The notes beneath the pieces are model-generated. The model was not told the origin of the DNA and made no database searches. It saw only the letters and a list, made by a program, of their open reading frames with translations. Below, in pieces: positions 35,870 through 41,983 of a DNA stretch of 41,983 nucleotides (position 1 is the first letter of the stretch; every line of letters begins with the position of its first letter). Position numbers and translations under genes: made by a program. This DNA is from Octopus bimaculoides (lineage: Eukaryota), in NCBI RefSeq assembly GCF_001194135.2, contig NC_068990.1:73583588-73625570 (forward strand). Reading direction: 5' to 3'.

Positions 35870-36090
35870 ATCATCTTCAATGCCATCTTCATCATTTTAA
35901 CGTCCACTTTTCCATACCTGCTTGGGTCAGATGGATTTTGTTGAGGCAGATTTTCTATGGTTGGATGCTCTTCACCAACTCTCATTTGTTTCCAAGAAAC
36001 ACTTCCTACGGCCAAACATGTTTCCTCAGTAGATTGCAAATGAAGAACATCACTTCTATAATGGTGACAGTTCATTTACAAACATCATGA
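35870..36090 (-). mobile_element. SINE family B 3' portion with RTE-type tail
   Basis: Reverse complement reads ...gaagagcatccaaccatagaaaatctgcc...ggaaaagtggacgttaaaatgatga. Confidence 0.7.
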
Positions 36091-36159
36091 AATGTCCAGA
36101 CAAGGAGAGAATAGTATACTTACATATACACACCAGTGCATAATCATGGTCATAGATAT

Positions 36160-36310
36160 ATATATATGAAGGGCTTCTCTCAGTTTCCCTTTACCTAAAC
36201 CCATGCAAAAAGAAAGTTTGGCTGCCCAAGGGGTCAAGCAGTGAGACTGAATCTGAAACAATTTAGTTACAAAGCAAAACTTCTTAATCACAAGGTCATG
36301 CCTGTGCCTA
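36160..36310 (-). mobile_element. SINE family A head, deleted and decayed
   Basis: gggcttctctcagtttcc...gactgaatc...cttcttaatcacaaggtcatgcctgtgcc is the reverse complement of the family A head. Confidence 0.55.
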
Positions 36311-36392
36311 CTAATAAATAATAAATAAACCAAATAAATATGCTTTAATTAAAATAAGGCTATGTATAATTATAATTAACAGATTCATATAT

Positions 36393-37195
36393 GTGCAGGC
36401 GTGGCTGTGAAGTAAGAAGCTTGCTTCCTGACCACACGGTTCCAGGTTCAGTCCCACTGTGTGACACCTTAGGCAAGTGTCTTCTACTATAGCCTTGGAC
36501 TGACCAAAGCCTTGTGAGTAGATTTGGTTGACAGAAACTGAAAGAAGCCTTCCCTGAGCTGGTGGCATGTAAAAAGCACCATCTGAACATGGCCAATGCC
36601 AGTGCCGCCCTAACAGGCTCCTGTGTCTTGGGCTGACCAAAGCCTTGTGAGTAGATTTGGCTGACGGAAACTGAAAGAAGCCTTCTCTGCGCCAGTGTCA
36701 TGTAAAAAGGACCATCTTAACTTGGCCAATGCCAGCGCCGCTCTGACTGGCTTGATGCCAGCTCCCTCTGGCCCCTGTACTGGTGGCATGTAAAAAGCAC
36801 CCACTACAGCCTCAGAGTGGTTAGCGTTAGGAAGGGCATCCAGCTGTAGAAACACTGCCAGATCAGATTGGAGCCTGGTGCAGCCTCCTGGCTTCCCAGA
36901 CCCCTGTTGAACCATCCAACCCATGCCAGCATGGAAAACAGACGTTAAACTATGATGATGATGATGATATGTATGTAAGTATATACTTATGTGTGTGTGT
37001 ATTTGTGTCTGTGTTTGTCCCTCACCATCACTTGACAACCGATGTTGGTGTGTTGACATCCCCATAGCTTATCAGATTGGCAAAAGAGGCCGATAGAATA
37101 AGTACTGGGTTTACAAAGAATATATCCTGGGGTCAATTTCTTCAACTGAAAAACACTTTAAGGTGGTGCTCCACCATGGCTGCAGTCAATCAGTG
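36393..37195 (+). mobile_element. SINE family A carrying a nested RTE-tail element (~36553-36970) and a 133-bp junction duplication
   Basis: Head 36393-36552, RTE-tail units, repeat of the SINE core at 36627, RTE tail to (GAT)n at ~36970, then the SINE 3' half. Confidence 0.85.
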
Positions 37196-37510
37196 CATTT
37201 ACTGAAGGTCAACCCAAACGTTGTGAAATTGGGCAGATGAGGATTTTATGAAAGTCCATTGGATTGTAGCTGTTATTCAATGACCAGGCTGGTTGCATAC
37301 TTTTTTGTGCTGATTCGCACACACAAACATGCGTGCGCACACGCACACACACACACACATCAGTTAAATGCATAGTACAGAACCAGTACAAGATGTATAG
37401 CATAGGAAGACTAAGACGAGATAAGGGTCTCAAATGTCTAAAACAGATACAAGAACATTTGAATCTGTGAAAGGCATAAAACTGAAGGAATATATTGAGA
37501 AGGTTACTGA

Positions 37511-37554
37511 TGTCCAATAGATAATCTGTCCAATAGATAATCTGTCCAATAGAT
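37511..37554. repeat. 16-bp tandem repeat (tgtccaatagataatc) x2.75
   Basis: Direct inspection. Confidence 0.9.
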
Positions 37555-38479
37555 GCCAGCAGATGAACACAAATCTGGAAACTAATGATGATAATATTCA
37601 TATAGTCCCATGTTATCCTTGAAGAAACTAATATATGATCAAAGGCATTCCAGTCATGACTATTCCATCATTTATTCAGTGTTTTATTCAGTACATTCTA
37701 AAATGTGACCTTCTTCATTTTAAAGAGGAGTGGTCTGTTATTTCTAGCTGTATGAATCTTCCTTCTTGGCGTATTGGTGTGTTCAGATAATGTTTAGCTT
37801 CAAGACAATTCTAATCTATCAGATTTATGACCAAAGACGTTCCAGTTGTGACCACCCAGTCTATTTAGAATGACACTATCTTACATGAATTCAAATGTTT
37901 TAAGAAGATGGCATGGTGTGAATTGAGTGAGATTTAGCTACTATTTGTAGCGTTGTTGGCTTGACTAATGATGGTGATGATGGTGGTGGTGGTGGAGGTG
38001 AGGGCAGTATTAATGATGATACTGATAACAATGATGACGATGATATGAGTGGTGGTGCCATAGTGGTGGTGGTGGGGGGGTGATGACAACAGTAATAATT
38101 GCAGTAGTGGCGGCGGTGGTGGTGGTGTAAGTCATAATGTGATGGTGATGGTGATGGTGGTGATGATAAATTATCAAAGTGAAAACTTAATGTGAAGATA
38201 ACAATATTGATTTTTGTTTTCTCTAGCCTTAGCACAAAGATTAAGCTTATCTGTCTGGGGGGACAGAAGAGAGGAAGGGTGGATGTCTATATGATTTGAT
38301 ACACCTCAATACATAACTGGTATTCATTAGTTATTGTTGTTGTTGTTGTCATTTAACTTGCAGTTCAAAGGTCAACCTTGATCAAACAGAACTACAATCA
38401 GCCACATTTTAACTACGATGTTACCCTTCAATAGTGATTTAAAAGGTGATCTATAAGAAATCTGTGATGGTGTGTGTGT

Positions 38480-38950
38480 GTGGCTTAGTGGTTAGGGTAT
38501 TCAGCTCATGATAATAAGGTCAGAAGCTCAATTCCTGGCAGCCCATTGTGTCCTTGAGCAAGACACTTTATTTCACATTGCTCCAGTTTACTCAACTGGC
38601 AAAAATGAGTTGTACCTATATTTCTGTTGTGTCGACGCCCCCAGACAAAGAAGTAGGATCTCCCAAGACATATAAATAGAGGTAGTCTGGCCGTGGTAGG
38701 AGTGTTGAGTAGCAGTCGAGTAGCAGTTGTGTAGCGGTTGAGTAGAGATCATCCGAAGGTGCTAGATAGCAGTAGTTTGCGACATAACAATTTCAAAGGG
38801 CCAGACTTGTCGTATTCTGTCATGCCAAAAATCCCTGAGAACTACGTTAAGAGTACGTGTGTCTGTGGAGTGCTCAGCCACCTGTACATCAGATTATTCC
38901 ATTGGGTGGGTCAGCTGGAACCCTCGTCATTGTAACCGACAGAGAGTACC
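38480..38950 (+). mobile_element. SINE family B variant interrupted by a solo LTR
   Basis: A box gtggcttagtggttaggg; SINE-like sequence gtacctatatttc|aaagggcc is split by the insertion. Confidence 0.8.
38625..38789 (+). mobile_element. 165-bp solo LTR (or TRIM-type LTR)
   Basis: TG...CA termini; inverted ends TGTTGTGTCG / CGACATAACA (9/10 match); 5-bp TSD ATTTC (38620-38624 and 38790-38794); TATAAATA at 38671. Confidence 0.8.
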
Positions 38951-39543
38951 AGTTATATAGAAATACATTATCTAATGTCATCAATAATAAATAGAATGTT
39001 CATATTTCTTTAAAATATCAAGTCTACGTGTTATGTTTTATAGATGTCTAAGTTCTCTAGTTTCTATCAGTGAAAGTGTTGTTTCTATTATAGTTGATGT
39101 ACAGATAAATTTGCTTAGTTTTGTATTACACGAATGTCAAAAATAAATGGAATAAAATCAAATAAAATAAAATTATTCGACACCAAACTTTAAAATGTGG
39201 AGCTTACATCACAGAAAAGCCATTTTGGCCAACAAAACACACACACAACAAACACACCCAGGCACATCCACCCCAATTGTTAAATCCACTTTTTATCTAT
39301 TTCTTGGGGTATCAAAGATTTCTATCACATATCTATCTGCAAGCTGGTCACTGACATAGTTCTCATAGCTCCACTGCAACTCTTTGAAATTTAGACATTG
39401 CAGTGATGCTAGAGATGGGAAATCTTGTATTCATTAATTTCAACCCTTCTTATTAATAACTTCATTGTTTCTTTCAAGGTAAACTGATCGACTGACAGTT
39501 CAAAGAAGACTTCAAAAGTAACTAGTAGTGACTTTTCTTGAAA

Positions 39544-40500
39544 ATTAACAAAATTTGTCATCGTGGTGTTATCAAAAACTGCAGAAAAAAGTTTAGCTCC
39601 CAAGGACATTAATGCTAATAAGTTTGTTACATTAGGAAATGATGCTCCAGCTTTATCAACAATACAAAATTGGGCAGCTGAGTTTTATGGAGAGAACAGG
39701 GAGTCTTGAAGTTGAGATCCTGAAATTGCCACCACTGAGGAAAACATTGTGTTTATCACATTGTGACAAATGACAGGTGATTGACTATAAATCAAAAAGC
39801 CAATGCTATTAGCCTGTCCCCTGAGAGAGCTGTAAATATTTTGCCCTATGAAGTTGAAATGATGAACGTTTCTGCTTGGTGGGTGCCACATCTTCTGACA
39901 CCTGATTAAAACTGCACCAGGCTGATCCTATCAGGCAAAATCTGATACTGTTTCAGGCAGATCCAACTTGTTTCCTTGACCGTTTCCTAACTCAGGATGA
40001 GTTTTAGCTTCATTACTTTGAGCCAGAGATAAAGAAACAATTCATATAATGGGAACAGCTCTCCTTACCTACTCCAAAGAGGGCCAAGGTCGTTTCATCT
40101 GCAGGGAAGGTGATGGCTTCTGTTTGTTGGGAAGCAAAAGGCATTGTGTTTATTGACTGTTTTTGAAGGGGTCACACCATCAATGGAAAGTTCTATGCTA
40201 ACTTGCTCAGGCAGTTTATGAAAGACTATCAAGTGCAAACACGAAGGAAACTGACGAAAGCAGTCTTGTTTTATAAGTTCAATGCTCCAGCACACAAGTC
40301 CTTGGTTTCAGTGGCTGCTGTGCATAACTAAAGGTTTGAACTGGTTGATCACCCTCCCTTTTCTCCTGATTTGGCCCTATCTGACTATAATCTGTCCCTC
40401 ACATGAAAAAAACAACATGGATGAGAACCAGTATCACAGTAATGATGATGTCATATCTGCTGTTGATGACATTTGGACCAACAGGATGAAAGCTTCAACA
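39544..40500 (+). pseudogene. Mariner (DD34D, irritans/Himar1-like) transposase pseudogene
   Basis: LGNDAPALSTIQNWAAEF; WVPHLL (39880-39897); FLTQDE (first D 39996); SAGKVMASVCWEAKGIVFID; second D mutated (YKFNAPAH); HPPFSPDLALSDY (40350-40388). Many stops and frameshifts; TIRs not found. Confidence 0.92.
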
Positions 40501-40620
40501 CTGACAAAAAAGTACCCAGTTTAAATATAAGTATTGGGGTTGATTTGTTTGATAAAACACTTCAAGGCAGTAACCCAGCATGGACACGGTCTAATGACTG
40601 AAACAAGTAAAAGATATAAC
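40500..40620 (+). mobile_element. SINE family A 3' tail fragment
   Basis: tggggttgatttgtttga...ccagcatggacacggtctaatgactgaaacaagtaaaaga. Confidence 0.65.
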
Positions 40621-41077
40621 TGTAGAAGGTATTTCCCCGATTTCAGAGGCATGAATGGAAAGGTCAAACGTGGCAGGATCTGAACTCATAGCTGTGCAAT
40701 CTGAAATGTAATATAGTAAAATTAAGGCATATATTCTTGTAGTCTATTGTCTCAAGTGGTGTCCACCACATTTTTTTCCAGACCACAATAAATAATAAAC
40801 ATTGAAAGACAGAGATTCCTTCAGGAAAAACAAGAGTGTAGATGAGTTGACAAGAGATGGAGAAGAGGGCGTGAAGACTAAGGAGAGATATTGGGGAGGG
40901 AAGAGGGCAGGGAAACTTGCCTCCCATTAACTCAGACCTTCCATGATCTTAGTTATTATTAATACATTGTTAGTAGTTATCAGGTCAGCCAAGAGAAAAG
41001 AGAATAATGAAAATTTTCCACACATTCATACATACGAACTCTTAAACACATCCAGGCACACCCACTCACACCAACAA

Positions 41078-41109
<32 letters not shown>

Positions 41110-41983
41110 GTCAAAACACACATATACACATATATACATACATACATACACATTCACATGCATGCACATTCATACACATTTTTTGTTTATACATTCATAC
41201 ATACATACATACATACATACATACGTACGTACGTACATACATAATACATACATACATACATATATATATATTCCAGCAATATAAGAAATAAAGGAGCGTG
41301 TTTGTGGTGAGAGGAAAGGAAGGGTTGAGTGAGAATAACACAATGACAGGATGTATTTTTGGTGCCTTGGGCAAAGGTCAGTACTTAAAGAATCAAAGTA
41401 GAAAGAAACTGATAAGTGTCTTGATGTGTGTGATATATCTGACGTTAGTGGACATGAGTACGTAATGTTTAGCTTACATAGGTGACGAAATCATTGTACA
41501 CTGCTAATACCTGAGGTGAATTAGATATAAGATCACTGAGAAAAATGCATCGATAATTTTTGACACAGGTTAAGGTGAGCAAGACACTGAATCACAATTT
41601 ATCAACATGAATCAGGCTTGCTAAATACAAGAAATTATTCTGTATAATCAAACAAATATGAATTAGTGTAGTACACAGAATATTTAGATGGCAGGGCGAG
41701 ACAGAGATGAAGGTAGGAAGATTGTGTAGGGGAAAGAGATGTGTGTGCGTGTGTTTCTGTGTGTGTGTGTGTGTGTGTGCGTGTGTGTGCGTGCGTGTGT
41801 GTGTGTGTGTATGTGTGTGTATTTATGTATTGAAGAATTTTTCGTTATTCTTGGCATCTTTTGAATTTTTCAAAATAGATCTAGTAACCCAAGAAGAATC
41901 ACACTGAAAATATGTACACAGACATACACACGCACACACGTACACACACATATACACTTGTATACATATACGTATATATATAT

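Noticed and set aside
12820-37554. Short spaced repeats considered as CRISPR-like arrays (12820-12885, 13224-13510, 37511-37554)
   Set aside because: They are tandem units without unique spacers, in a eukaryotic context, with no cas genes.
39100-39540. Mariner terminal inverted repeats
   Set aside because: No matching inverted pair found around the transposase.
41478-41535. 58-nt minus exon candidate (DLISNSPQVLAVYNDFVTY)
   Set aside because: Splice sites are plausible, but there is a competing internal donor, no partner exon and no homology; indistinguishable from chance in AT-rich DNA.
353-41907. Long ORFs rich in YI/VC/HT repeats, poly-I/M/D/L or X
   Set aside because: They are translations of (TA)n, (CA)n, (ATT)n and (ATC)n microsatellites or of N-gaps, not genes.

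Overview
AT-rich, microsatellite-dense eukaryotic genomic scaffold with 11 N-gaps. It is not prokaryotic: there are no operons, CRISPR arrays or rRNA/tRNA genes. The SINE/LINE repertoire looks to me like an octopod cephalopod genome, but that assignment is an inference from recognising repeat families, not a database result. No complete host protein-coding gene is recognisable, and nearly all long ORFs in the track are artefacts of microsatellites or N-runs. Supported content: several tRNA-derived SINE families; decayed LINEs (RTE reverse transcriptase with an inserted PHD-type finger, a BovB-like RTE, an RLE-type R4/Dong-like fragment, a CR1/L2 remnant); a mariner transposase pseudogene; hAT-type MITEs; two Helentron-like non-autonomous elements; a 165-bp solo LTR with a 5-bp TSD; and a CpG-rich, E-box/CCAAT promoter-like island at ~25.1-26.0 kb. 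The most interesting locus is 6999-7569: a 208-bp, ~98% identical fold-back whose arms each carry a minimal type I hammerhead-ribozyme motif (Penelope-like element or retrozyme signature). Its apex contains a 74-nt insertion copied in inverted orientation from 9052-9125.
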